A stretch of 61,190 nucleotides of DNA, counting the filler. It is 8 parts of 8 records of this genome, joined end to end, with 100 filler letters (N's around TTAATTAATTAA, not from the genome) between each part and the next. Parts side by side here need not be neighbours in the genome. Positions count along the whole stretch, not along the records: positions 27,089 to 32,269 come from SRR31156797_65113; positions 32,370 to 38,614 come from SRR31156797_65134; positions 38,715 to 49,769 come from SRR31156797_65205; 5 more parts are not named here. One strand, given 5' to 3'. Numbering within the stretch: the first letter of the stretch is position 1; each line of letters begins with the position of its first letter. The notes beneath the pieces are model-generated. The model was not told the origin of the DNA. It made no database searches and was given only the letters and a program-made list of their open reading frames with translations. Both the position numbers and the translations under genes were made by a program. Shown one piece after another: positions 29,987-39,885 of the stretch.

Positions 29987-31473
29987 AATTATATAGAGTT
30001 TTATCGGTATTATGTATTATATGTGTATTAGTAGTATTTGCAGCCAGTTGTTACTGGTTATATAAGAATATAGTAGCCTATTTTGATAAAGTAGATGTTA
30101 TTGAACATAAAGTGTATTATTATGAAGGTAGTGACGAAATTGAGACAGCCGTTAGTGTTTCAGGAGAAGAGGGTTCGCCATACAAAATAGAAGGTGTGCT
30201 GGGATTTTTTAATGGATATGATGAAAGCAGCGAAACACTTAGTTTGTTGATAATTAATGTAAATGAAATAGACGCTACAATGCTATATATTAGTAATTCG
30301 TATAGCGATAAGCAGTATGATATAACAGATGATGTATATCTGCCAACAACTTACGGTGTTCCTGAATACAGGGAATATAATATTGAAGATGTGGATGAGA
30401 GCTTTTTAAGTGATCTGTCAGAAATATATCTAAGCTATATGTATGATGATAATATTATTCATACTGTGAATATTTCACCTTATACTAAATATGACTATTC
30501 AGTATTCAATTCCACTGACGTAAGAACTAATAACAATATCGATGATTTTTCGTTTATTATGATAGAAGAAGAAAACCTGTTTTTTATTGGCGAGGAAATT
30601 GTGATAGACAAGCCGATGTATATTCCTGAGGAATATACACTCAATATTTTACCTGGTCAGAAGATAGATATTATAAATAGCGGATATATTACTGTTCGTT
30701 CCAATGTAATAGCAATAGGAACAGATGATAGTATTATAGAGATTACATCTTCTGATGGCACAGGTGGAGGGATAGTCATATTGCAGGCGAGTGAGATTAG
30801 CGATTTTAGTAATGTAAAATTTAGCAATCTAGTAAACATAGAAAGCGGTGTATGGATACTGGACGGTGCATTGAATTTCTATGAAAGTGAAGTAAATATT
30901 ACAAACTGTGAGTTTTACGATTCGCTGAGTAATGACTATATAAACGCTATTAGAAGTGAAATCAGTATCAACAAGTGTACATTTATTAATATATACAAGG
31001 ATGCTGTTGATATTGACTATGGAACATGCAGTATAACTGATGTGCTTATGGAGAATATTGGAGATGATGGTATCAGCGCATCTGGTTCTGACATAACTGT
31101 ATATGATAGTGACATTATACAAGCAGCAGACAAAGCCATTAATATAAGCGAGGATACACAAGCTGATATTAGAGATGTGTCTATTTCATTATGCAATGTT
31201 GGGATGGCTGTTACTGATTCTTCGTCACTGGAAGCAGAGAATATTGAAATTGAGGGCGGAGCAGTTGGCATTGTACTATTTTGCAGTAGCAATTGCTATG
31301 TAGAGCCATATGCTAACATGAGCAATATAGACTTTAACGAGAATCTAGGGATGGATTATTTAATGCAGAAAGATTGTGTTCTGTACATTGATGGTGAATG
31401 TATGTATTCACGTTCTGATACAAAGGAAAGTTTACTCTTTGATAAAATTGCTAATGGAGAACCGCTAACATGA
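29983..31473 (+). CDS. Membrane-anchored right-handed parallel beta-helix protein
   Basis: N-terminal TM, 'GALNFYESEV', 'DAVDIDYG', 'IGDDGIS.SGS', 'DKAINISE' repeats. GTGA overlap with the CotH-like gene. Confidence 0.7.
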   Translation: MKLYRVLSVLCIICVLVVFAASCYWLYKNIVAYFDKVDVIEHKVYYYEGSDEIETAVSVSGEEGSPYKIEGVLGFFNGYDESSETLSLLIINVNEIDATMLYISNSYSDKQYDITDDVYLPTTYGVPEYREYNIEDVDESFLSDLSEIYLSYMYDDNIIHTVNISPYTKYDYSVFNSTDVRTNNNIDDFSFIMIEEENLFFIGEEIVIDKPMYIPEEYTLNILPGQKIDIINSGYITVRSNVIAIGTDDSIIEITSSDGTGGGIVILQASEISDFSNVKFSNLVNIESGVWILDGALNFYESEVNITNCEFYDSLSNDYINAIRSEISINKCTFINIYKDAVDIDYGTCSITDVLMENIGDDGISASGSDITVYDSDIIQAADKAINISEDTQADIRDVSISLCNVGMAVTDSSSLEAENIEIEGGAVGIVLFCSSNCYVEPYANMSNIDFNENLGMDYLMQKDCVLYIDGECMYSRSDTKESLLFDKIANGEPLT

Positions 31474-32141
31474 GATATGAGCAAAAATTCGTTTTTTCTA
31501 ATGATGAGTACAATAATATTATTAGCAGGATGATGCTTTCAGGAGCTATGTTTTCTGAAATATATAAAAGCAGGCAAATAAACAATATTTACCTAGACAC
31601 TGTAAATTACAATGATTATTTTTCTAATATCAATGGCTGCTCCAGCCGCATTAAGCATAGAATTCGCTGGTATGGGGATACAAAATCACCCTCCGAAGCT
31701 ATATTGGAATATAAGATTAAAGAAGGCGCACTGGGATATAAACAGTTTTATAAGATACCTGGGTTTTCACTAGATAATGATTTCAGATATACGGAGTATA
31801 TTCAGAGAGTGCAGGAAATTACTAAAACAAAAAACACAAAAAAATATTATCAGATGTATAGTGATATATCAAGTCTATTGCCGACCCTGTACAATACATA
31901 TAAACGCAGTTATTTTGCTTCTTGTGATAACAAGTATAGAGTGACTATAGATACGGATATGACATTCTATAAAATGGGAGAAGTATATTATGGTATGCAG
32001 GGATATGAAATTAGTGATATTGTTGTAGAATTAAAATTTGATAAGGCGGATATAGCAGACGCAACTAAAATAGTAAAGGAGCTTGGCTTCAGAGTAACAA
32101 AGAATTCAAAGTATATTAATGGCGTGGAAAACTTTATATAA
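31470..32141 (+). CDS. VTC (polyphosphate polymerase / CYTH-like tunnel) domain protein
   Basis: 'MRYEQKF', 'NNIYLDT', 'KHRIRWYG', 'LEYKIK', 'YKR', 'RVTID', 'VVELKF', 'SKY'. ATGA overlap with the upstream gene. Confidence 0.88.
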   Translation: MRYEQKFVFSNDEYNNIISRMMLSGAMFSEIYKSRQINNIYLDTVNYNDYFSNINGCSSRIKHRIRWYGDTKSPSEAILEYKIKEGALGYKQFYKIPGFSLDNDFRYTEYIQRVQEITKTKNTKKYYQMYSDISSLLPTLYNTYKRSYFASCDNKYRVTIDTDMTFYKMGEVYYGMQGYEISDIVVELKFDKADIADATKIVKELGFRVTKNSKYINGVENFI

Positions 32142-32146
32142 TATAG

Positions 32147-32269
32147 CAGCAATTTCGGCTCTATTACCACAAACATGCTTACCAAGGCGTTTTACGACGC
32201 CTTTTTCTATACATCAAATTCGCAGATATTTCATGCTTTTGCATACCAATATCAGCTTTGATATAATTA
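32147..32269 (+). mobile_element. Left end of a second, related IS element (outward-facing)
   Basis: Starts CAGCAATTTCGG 5 bp after the VTC stop. Its reverse complement aligns ungapped to 27241-27360 (76/120 identical by hand count). Contains TTGCAT-N17-TATAAT. Confidence 0.6.
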
Positions 32270-32369
32270 NNNNNNNNNNNNNNNNNNNNNNNNNNNNNNN
32301 NNNNNNNNNNNNNTTAATTAATTAANNNNNNNNNNNNNNNNNNNNNNNNNNNNNNNNNNNNNNNNNNNN

Positions 32370-33539
32370 GGGACGGTTATACCAGTCAAACCAGTGCCAG
32401 TCGGTCAATCCAAGCTCTTCGCCCGGAGCAATATATTCCGTATCACTTGTCCAAACTGTATCACTCGCATTGGGTGTATCAAGCAATTTAACTGCAACAT
32501 AAGCATCAACGTCATAAGCACCGCTACATTCTTTTTGATCAAGATCAAAAATGTAGGCATAATCATAAGTGCTATTATAACCCATCATGTCGCCGTCGTT
32601 CGTATTACAAGGACGGTTACCACCATTATAAAATGCGGAGAACATATCAGCATCGAAATAAAAGCCGCAGTAAACACCTTCATAATCATATCCTAAACCG
32701 CCATTCAATCCATAATCATCACTTTCGTTCACCACTTTCATGGTCACGAACATGATATCTTCGGCATAAGCGCGGCCATATGAGTGAACAGTTGCATAAA
32801 CATGCGAACCCGTAGGATAGCCATTGAATGAGGAAACAGGTTCTCTGTCCGCATATGCATCGTCGATCTCCAGATAAATATCAACATCGGATGTAAATCG
32901 GCCTTCAACTTCTTCCCCATAGGTTGGTGATGAAGGATCGGTATCAACTGCATACCAACCCGGCCAAACACGTACTTCCTCACCGTCATCATCTGTTTCA
33001 GTCGGCCATGATTCCGGCGCGATCGATGTTGCAAGCAAAGGCCATGTGTCAGTTTCAGGTGTCCAGGTAGGAGAAGCATAATCACCGGCTGTGATATCAC
33101 CTGAATATGTTGTACCTTTTGATCCGACAACAACATCCCAGTCTGTATTTATTTGATTTCCCGTCCTGTCAAGCCAGGATTCCGAAACGGTGGATCCCCA
33201 ATATATGGTGTCGTTCACATTTGATGGGTGCGGACGCATAGCCCAGGGATAAGGATCCCCGTTGTCATCACTGCCCGGTACACCGATCATAAAAGATACG
33301 TTTGCCAAATACTGGTAATCACCCCATGCACCGGCAACATCATCTTGCCAATGATCAACAAAGTTTCCGTAGTTCAGAATACAGGTTTTGAATTTTCCCT
33401 GATCAGCATAAGATTTTGCACGTTCATAGATAGGATTTGCAGTTGTTTTCGCGAATTGATTCCCATATTTAACTTCCATGGGAATTGCAAAAAGCAATAG
33501 CGGTAATAGCAGACATCCTAATCGTTTTATATGTTTCAT
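32370..33539 (-). CDS. Secreted acidic hypothetical protein downstream of TonB-dependent receptor, 3'-truncated
   Basis: Signal peptide, Trp/Asp/Gly-rich sequence ('LGLTDWHWFDW'). RBS AAGGAG directly after the TBDR stop. Confidence 0.65.
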
Positions 33540-33550
33540 GTATTAACTCC

Positions 33551-36436
33551 TTAAAACTCAACTTCAACAAAGAAGTCAATGCTACGTTGATCGTCATAAT
33601 ACCATGGGCGATCGTAGAAAGTCGAACTTCTTATACCATCAAGAATATAACCTTCGTCTATGCCGCCCGGGTTGTCCGGTGTTCCGGTCCGGGGATATAC
33701 GAAAAGAGCATTCTTGCGATTGAATAGGTTCGTACAAACAAATCCCAAAACTACGCGACTTGATCCGAACAGATCAATATATTTTCTAAATGCCAGATTT
33801 GCTGTATAGTAAGCCGGCATACGTTCGCTATTTTGAGGACCGGCCTGATCGTTCTGAAGAATGGGCGTATATGGTGCACCCGAGATCCCTACCAGCGTCA
33901 AGTTAGTCATGGTGTTTTGGAAAAGGTTGTAACTTCCGATCGGAATTCCATAACCTTTAGGCACCTTGAATGTCAACTGAGCTGAAAAATCGTGAGTTCT
34001 ATCATAATCCTGCAATACCTCGTTCTTGGGCATTGTCAAAGGATCTTCACCATTTCGATATCCTTCCCAGGGATCAGAACGGTTACCCTTGGCCACTGAA
34101 TAAGTATATTGGATATTTCCTGTTAAGAACTGTCCGCGTCGTTTTTCAAAAATTAAGTCAGCGCCTCGGGCAGAACCATAATCATAGTTCACAAATGTTG
34201 TGTAAGTCACAGAACCAGATCTCACTTGTTCGGTCGAGTTCATGTTACTATAGTCTTTTGACCAACCAACAACACCTAACACATAATCGCGAGCAACTTC
34301 GGTATTTATACCGAACTCATAACTTGTTACTTTCTGCGCACTTACGGTCGGGTTACCCATTAAAGGAACGGCTGAGGCAAATAATCTGTCAATATCATCA
34401 CGTTCATCTACATTATTATAAATATCGCGATAGGTCGGGTTCTGGTAGTAAATACCGTAGCCAAAGGTAAACGTAGATTTATCCGTGATCACGTGTGAAA
34501 AACCGAGTCTTGGGCTCCAAAGGAACTCCCATGTAGTCGGTTCGAGCGGAGAGGTTGGATCCCGTGGATCGGCCCACATGGAATCATTTGCATTGGCCGC
34601 ATCAAAACGCAAACCCGCATTGATGACCATCCAGGGATACTCGATCTTGTCCTGAAAATAACCTGCAAATTCCTGTGGGATCCTGTTATAGTTTTCTGTA
34701 TACGGCGTTGATAGCCAGGGAAGCTGAACTTCATCAAATACGATATCATGGGTCTTATAATCGACACCTGCTTTGATCTGATTATGTCTGCCAACCTGAG
34801 AGGTTAGGTCCAGCCTGAATTCCTGAGTTCTTGATCGCGTATAATGATAATAACGGTCTGCACCGCTGTAATAATACTCGAACCCATAATTATCAAGATT
34901 TGGGCTGTTTTGATATTCAACGGTCATATCTTCATCAACGAAAGGATAAAGAATATACGGTTGATTGTATTGTTCCGGTGTTAACCATTCGTTGAAATCA
35001 TCACCGTAATGCCAGATGGTATCTGCTCCGTCCAGAACATATTCCAAAGGAACGTTATTTCCTGTTCCATCATCCATGTACGGTACCTTCGTGCTGTCGT
35101 AGAAATCGGCAAGATAACGCTGTTCCACCCAATCGGGGTAACCGTCTTCATCTGAATCATAATTTTTGACACCCATGGTCATTTCCTGGGTGAAATTTGA
35201 ATAATTGAATGTATAATACGTTTTATCATTCAGCTGATGACGCCATTCAAGTGTATATCTTTGTGATATTTTAGATACTTCATTCTTGCCAAGATCATAA
35301 AAGATATAAGCCGGGTCGAAAGCTTTATAATTTGAATTTACATACCAGTGAGAGAAATTCAAGCGCATCTTGGGCGAAATTAGAAACGTAAGTTTTGAGA
35401 AAATATCAAAGGTATTGTCAAAACCGAATGAGCGCCATCCGGCAACCGTATCCATTGGATTGATATGATTGATCTCGTTGTATTCGCTTAAGGGATTGTC
35501 CAGATCAAAAGCATATTCATCAAATTCATAGACCGCATATGCTGATTTGGTCTGGTCAAAACTTGTCCACCAACGGATCCTATCCGTAAATAATGGACCG
35601 CCAAATCCTCCGGCGATCTTTGAATAATTTCTTAACTGATCCTGTTCGGAAGACAAGGCTCCGAAATTACTGCCCTCAACTCTCAACATACCTGTAAGTT
35701 TATCGGGACCTGTACGCGTAACGGTATTAATCATACCGGACATGGCATCACCGTACTCTGCATTGAAAAAACCGGTCTGGAAATCGACCTGAGCCACAGC
35801 GAACTGATTGAGGCGGGTACCTTTACCCTTACCACCATAAAGTGGATTTTCAATATACATACCGTCGATCATAAAGCCGGTTTCGTTAGCGCGTCCACCT
35901 CGAACGTGGATCTGCTCAATACCGCGATCTTCAAAACCGGGGATACCGAGTTCGGCAGTTTTGATCTCAATAATTCCTGATTGCAGGGTATAAACTTCCG
36001 TCATGTCACGAACAGGCAGATTGACAACCTGTTCAGTGTCCATTACAACCTTTCGGCCGACAACATCTTTTTCAACCGAAGGCCGGTCTGCAACGACCTC
36101 AACCACTTCACCTTGAACCGCCTCTACTTCGAGACGTACGTTGATAATGGTAGATTGGTCGCGAATGACCCTAACATTTCTTTGAATAACTTTTTTAAAA
36201 CCGATCATCGTATACGTAACAGAGTATTCACCGATCGGAAGGTTGATGATATTATAGTAGCCTGTTTCATCAGAGAAAGTACCTATACGGGTACCTTCGA
36301 CCATGATGTTCACTCCGGTTAAAGGCTCGTTGGTCTGTGCGGCTACAACAGTGCCTCGTATAGAACCAACAATATCGCCATAGGCGATGCCAAAAAACAG
36401 AAGACAAACCACTAAAAGGATATAACCTTTCTTCAT
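33551..36436 (-). CDS. TonB-dependent receptor with N-terminal carboxypeptidase-regulatory-like domain
   Basis: 'GSIRGTV...EPLTGVNI', plug 'IHVRGGRANE..FMIDG', 'GFFNAEYG', 'SPRLGFSH', 'NLFN', terminal Phe. Confidence 0.92.
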   Translation of the reverse strand: MKKGYILLVVCLLFFGIAYGDIVGSIRGTVVAAQTNEPLTGVNIMVEGTRIGTFSDETGYYNIINLPIGEYSVTYTMIGFKKVIQRNVRVIRDQSTIINVRLEVEAVQGEVVEVVADRPSVEKDVVGRKVVMDTEQVVNLPVRDMTEVYTLQSGIIEIKTAELGIPGFEDRGIEQIHVRGGRANETGFMIDGMYIENPLYGGKGKGTRLNQFAVAQVDFQTGFFNAEYGDAMSGMINTVTRTGPDKLTGMLRVEGSNFGALSSEQDQLRNYSKIAGGFGGPLFTDRIRWWTSFDQTKSAYAVYEFDEYAFDLDNPLSEYNEINHINPMDTVAGWRSFGFDNTFDIFSKLTFLISPKMRLNFSHWYVNSNYKAFDPAYIFYDLGKNEVSKISQRYTLEWRHQLNDKTYYTFNYSNFTQEMTMGVKNYDSDEDGYPDWVEQRYLADFYDSTKVPYMDDGTGNNVPLEYVLDGADTIWHYGDDFNEWLTPEQYNQPYILYPFVDEDMTVEYQNSPNLDNYGFEYYYSGADRYYHYTRSRTQEFRLDLTSQVGRHNQIKAGVDYKTHDIVFDEVQLPWLSTPYTENYNRIPQEFAGYFQDKIEYPWMVINAGLRFDAANANDSMWADPRDPTSPLEPTTWEFLWSPRLGFSHVITDKSTFTFGYGIYYQNPTYRDIYNNVDERDDIDRLFASAVPLMGNPTVSAQKVTSYEFGINTEVARDYVLGVVGWSKDYSNMNSTEQVRSGSVTYTTFVNYDYGSARGADLIFEKRRGQFLTGNIQYTYSVAKGNRSDPWEGYRNGEDPLTMPKNEVLQDYDRTHDFSAQLTFKVPKGYGIPIGSYNLFQNTMTNLTLVGISGAPYTPILQNDQAGPQNSERMPAYYTANLAFRKYIDLFGSSRVVLGFVCTNLFNRKNALFVYPRTGTPDNPGGIDEGYILDGIRSSTFYDRPWYYDDQRSIDFFVEVEF

Positions 36437-36452
36437 ACAATTCCCTTTAGAC

Positions 36453-36484
36453 GCAGGTTGCCCTTCACGTGAAGGGCATCCTGC
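36453..36484. terminator. Intergenic hairpin between T9SS protein and TBDR genes
   Basis: GCAGG-T-TGCCCTTCACGTGAAGGGCA-T-CCTGC near-perfect palindrome. No clear U-tract on the minus strand. Confidence 0.5.
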
Positions 36485-36500
36485 AAATGTGTAATTTAAT

Positions 36501-38579
36501 TTATTTTAATAAGACTGATTTATGAGTCGTTGTCATGCCATTCCCGGTCAAGGAATAGAAATAAATACCGGAAGACAATGACGAGCCGTCAAACTCTACA
36601 TCGTATTGGCCTGCATCTCTGTGTCCACTGATCAGAGTTTTAACCTTACGGCCGAGAGTATTGAATACGTCAAGTTTGTATTCGCCGGCTTCATGAATAT
36701 TAAAAGATATTGTTGTCATCGGGTTGAAGGGGTTGGGGTAGTTCTGTTCAAGTGTAAAACTTGAAGGAACGTCAACCACATTTTCTACACTTGATATGGC
36801 AGATGAATAATCAACATTCATGAAATAAACGCGGTTCATATAATCTTCAGGAACTGCGTCCGATGTATCTTCGTCAACGGTATGAAGTGAATAATCCGGG
36901 GACTGATAGACAAGATAGATATTGTCATCGGTAGCATCCGGATCGGCATGTGCACAGATCTCGTCAAAATCAGGAGTCTGTGTAACATTGACCTCTGCTT
37001 CCCATGTAGCTCCGGCATCTTGTGAGCGACGCACGAAAATATCATAGCTGCGTTTGTAAAGCAATGTGTCACCGGGTGATTCCGGATCTTCTGCTTTATA
37101 GATATCGCCTTTAGGATAAACGGCATAGATCACATTAGGATTTTCTGTGGATGTTGCCATCGCAGGGAAAAAGCTTTGCCAAGCACGATCGCTATGACCG
37201 TAACTGAAACGCCATGTGTTCTGCATGCTGGTTACAAAAGATACTTCCCATTCCGCTGAAGCAGAAGCGGGATCTGCACAATACAGATGATAGAATCCAC
37301 AACCTTCATGAACGGTCGGCATAATATAACCGGATTGTTCAGATTCGGGGATCACAAGACACATAAAGTGAACACCGCCGTTTGCGTCAACGACCATATC
37401 ATTGTCATATCCCATGAACAATCCGGGATAATTAATGGTATCCAACACAGCATCTTCGTCGCCGGCCAGAACATCTACAATAACAGTATCAGTACCTTGA
37501 ACAACTTCGAACTGTTGAGAAGGAATATAGATATCAAAAATATTGTCATCAAAATTCTGATCTTCTATATAATAATACGGAACATCAGGGTCAAATGAAG
37601 TTGTGCTCCAAGTTGCACCGTAATCGGTTGTTTTGCGGAATTTGAAAGTATGATATGCATTATTGTCTACAAGACTGTCAATTCCGGTATGCCAGTAAGC
37701 GACATTGGCAATATAGCCTGTACCGTTGTCAGCGATTGAGATCATAGCGTCCGATGTGGTTGATCCGTCGGCAGAGCCTTCTTCAAACCATGTAAGTGCA
37801 TCCATGATCTTTTCTGCGGGTGCAAATGTTACCGAACCCATGCTGATACCGGTTGAACGGTATAAATACATGTTGTGTGAACTAACGTCATTGGCGTCAA
37901 ATTCACGCCATGTAGTATAAGTAATATTAATATGTCCCGTACCATCGGCTTCTTCGCTGTAGTCAGGGCATCCCATCCACATAGCTTCGGGATTATTACT
38001 GTCACCTACCAACTGTGGGTTTGTCAGATAACCACCGCCAAAACCAAGCATATCAACAACGAACAGAGGGTCTGCGTCATTTTCTACACCTGAATTTGCG
38101 CCGGTGTATTCGGTCCAACAAATAAATGGATAAGCGCCTGCACCAATAGCCGAAGGATAGCGCGCTGTCAATTCTCCTGGTGCTACGGCATTCAAATTAC
38201 TTTGATTCGTCCAAACTTCACCATTGTCTAAACTATAGGCCATTCCTACTGCACCGGAAGAATTCTCAATACCGATCCATTGGCGGTATGCCATAACAAA
38301 AGTATTTCCACTATGAGAGATTGGATTGGTGACGCCAGAAACCAAACCAAAACCATTTTTACTGGAATCGATTAAAACCGCATCAAAATGCGGTTCATAA
38401 GCTGAAACGGATTTTGCTGTAGTTTTTGATAGTTGTTCTGTGTAGATCTCTCTACCTGTCTCTTTGACAATGCGTTCTACCCTGGATTTGTGGTTAACGG
38501 GCAATTTAGCCGTTTGAACCGCAAAAACAGAGCTTACGAACAACACCGCCACCAGTGTTGCGATAACAATACGTTTCAT
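36501..38579 (-). CDS. Secreted Asp-box (BNR) beta-propeller protein with T9SS type-A C-terminal sorting domain
   Basis: Signal peptide. Asp-boxes SLDNGEVW, TTDYGATW and SQDAGATW. C-terminal 'LEQNYPNPFNPMTTISF...LSSGIYFY...LLK'. Confidence 0.85.
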   Translation of the reverse strand: MKRIVIATLVAVLFVSSVFAVQTAKLPVNHKSRVERIVKETGREIYTEQLSKTTAKSVSAYEPHFDAVLIDSSKNGFGLVSGVTNPISHSGNTFVMAYRQWIGIENSSGAVGMAYSLDNGEVWTNQSNLNAVAPGELTARYPSAIGAGAYPFICWTEYTGANSGVENDADPLFVVDMLGFGGGYLTNPQLVGDSNNPEAMWMGCPDYSEEADGTGHINITYTTWREFDANDVSSHNMYLYRSTGISMGSVTFAPAEKIMDALTWFEEGSADGSTTSDAMISIADNGTGYIANVAYWHTGIDSLVDNNAYHTFKFRKTTDYGATWSTTSFDPDVPYYYIEDQNFDDNIFDIYIPSQQFEVVQGTDTVIVDVLAGDEDAVLDTINYPGLFMGYDNDMVVDANGGVHFMCLVIPESEQSGYIMPTVHEGCGFYHLYCADPASASAEWEVSFVTSMQNTWRFSYGHSDRAWQSFFPAMATSTENPNVIYAVYPKGDIYKAEDPESPGDTLLYKRSYDIFVRRSQDAGATWEAEVNVTQTPDFDEICAHADPDATDDNIYLVYQSPDYSLHTVDEDTSDAVPEDYMNRVYFMNVDYSSAISSVENVVDVPSSFTLEQNYPNPFNPMTTISFNIHEAGEYKLDVFNTLGRKVKTLISGHRDAGQYDVEFDGSSLSSGIYFYSLTGNGMTTTHKSVLLK

Positions 38580-38714
38580 AATAACCTCCAACAATTATTT
38601 TATTCTACGTATAANNNNNNNNNNNNNNNNNNNNNNNNNNNNNNNNNNNNNNNNNNNNTTAATTAATTAANNNNNNNNNNNNNNNNNNNNNNNNNNNNNN
38701 NNNNNNNNNNNNNN

Positions 38715-39885
38715 GGATCTGGGCATGGCAGTTGTGGCAGCCGGTAACACAGTAGTGGGCCTTGGTGGCCTGGATCTGCTCATCCTTGGTCTTGCCGTAC
38801 AACAGCCGCTGCTCCTTGAACCCCGACTGGAGGAACCCGCCCCCGCCGCCGCAGCAGAAGTTATTGGAGCGGTTGGGCACCATGTCTACGAAGTTTTCCT
38901 CTCCCACGCAAGCCTTGACCACCAGGCGCATGTCTTCGGCCGCAGGGTCCCCAAAGGTTTTTCTCACGATCTGGCAGGGATCCTGGACCGTGAACTTGAT
39001 CTTGAGATCGTTGTTCCAGCTGGAATCGGGTTTGAGCCGCCCCTCCCGTATCCATCTCGCATACAGGTTGTACATGGTCTCGACCTTGAAATTGTGGGGG
39101 ATGTTGAATTTTTTCAGTCCTGACAGGACTGCAAAGGTGATGTGGCCTCACTCGGTGTTGAGAAATGTCTTGCACCCCAGTTCATCGCACTTTTGGGCGC
39201 TCCGTTGGGTCAGCTCCTTCCAGCCGGCGTCATCGGCCATGAACATACAGTAGTTTTCCGCGGCCCACCCCACGCTTCCGTAGGTCCAGTCCACCCCGGC
39301 AAGGTTGAGGATCTTCCACAACGGTCCCATCTCCTCCGGCTCAATCATGGGTTCCCTGGAATTCTGGTTGATGAAGTACTCGGCCCCCTGCTTGTCAATG
39401 GGCGCCACCAGGTTCCGCTCCTCCCATATGGGGTATTCCTCCTTGATCTCCTCCAGGATATCATCCACCACGAACTCGAAATCCTCCTGGGAGCATCCCA
39501 TGGCCGAGTTGGTCGGCTTTGAAAGGGCCATGTCGCAGGAGCCGAGTATCCCCTTTGGCATTTCCTCCCTGGGCCTGAGCTTTCTTGCGTTAAAGACAAG
39601 CTGGGGAATGTTGATCTCCATGGGGCAGACATGGACACACCGCATGCACATGGTGCAGTACCAGGGCCAGTTGCTATCCTTGATCGCATCATCCATGCCA
39701 AGGGCCGCCATTCTCAGGAACTTCCTCGGATCCATGCCGTCAAAGCCCGTTGCCGGGCAACCCGAACAGCAGGCGCCGCAGGTGAGGCAGGAGTTGAGAT
39801 TGCCTCCGTCCGGGAGCAGGTCCATGACCATGTCCTTGAACACGGTCTTTCGTTTTGCAGATAGTTTTACCACTTCTTTTGCCAT
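38715..39885 (-). CDS. HdrC/HdrD-like (GlpC, CCG-domain) Fe-S oxidoreductase, probable selenoprotein; 3'-truncated
   Basis: Two CxxCxxCxxxCP ferredoxin motifs. In-frame TGA at 39148-39150 reads NTE-U-GH, where the family motif is ECGH. The frame continues to 'QDPC', 'NFCCGGGGG', 'CHNC'. Confidence 0.88.
39115..39150 (-). promoter_or_regulatory. Sec UGA codon with bacterial SECIS-like hairpin
   Basis: UGA, 16 nt, then stem CAGUCCU-(GUC)-AGGACUG with loop G about 24 nt from the UGA. Confidence 0.75.

Noticed and set aside
39148-39150. Nonsense mutation / pseudogene in the Fe-S oxidoreductase
   Set aside because: The stop is UGA exactly at a conserved Cys position, is followed by a SECIS-like stem, and the downstream frame is intact.
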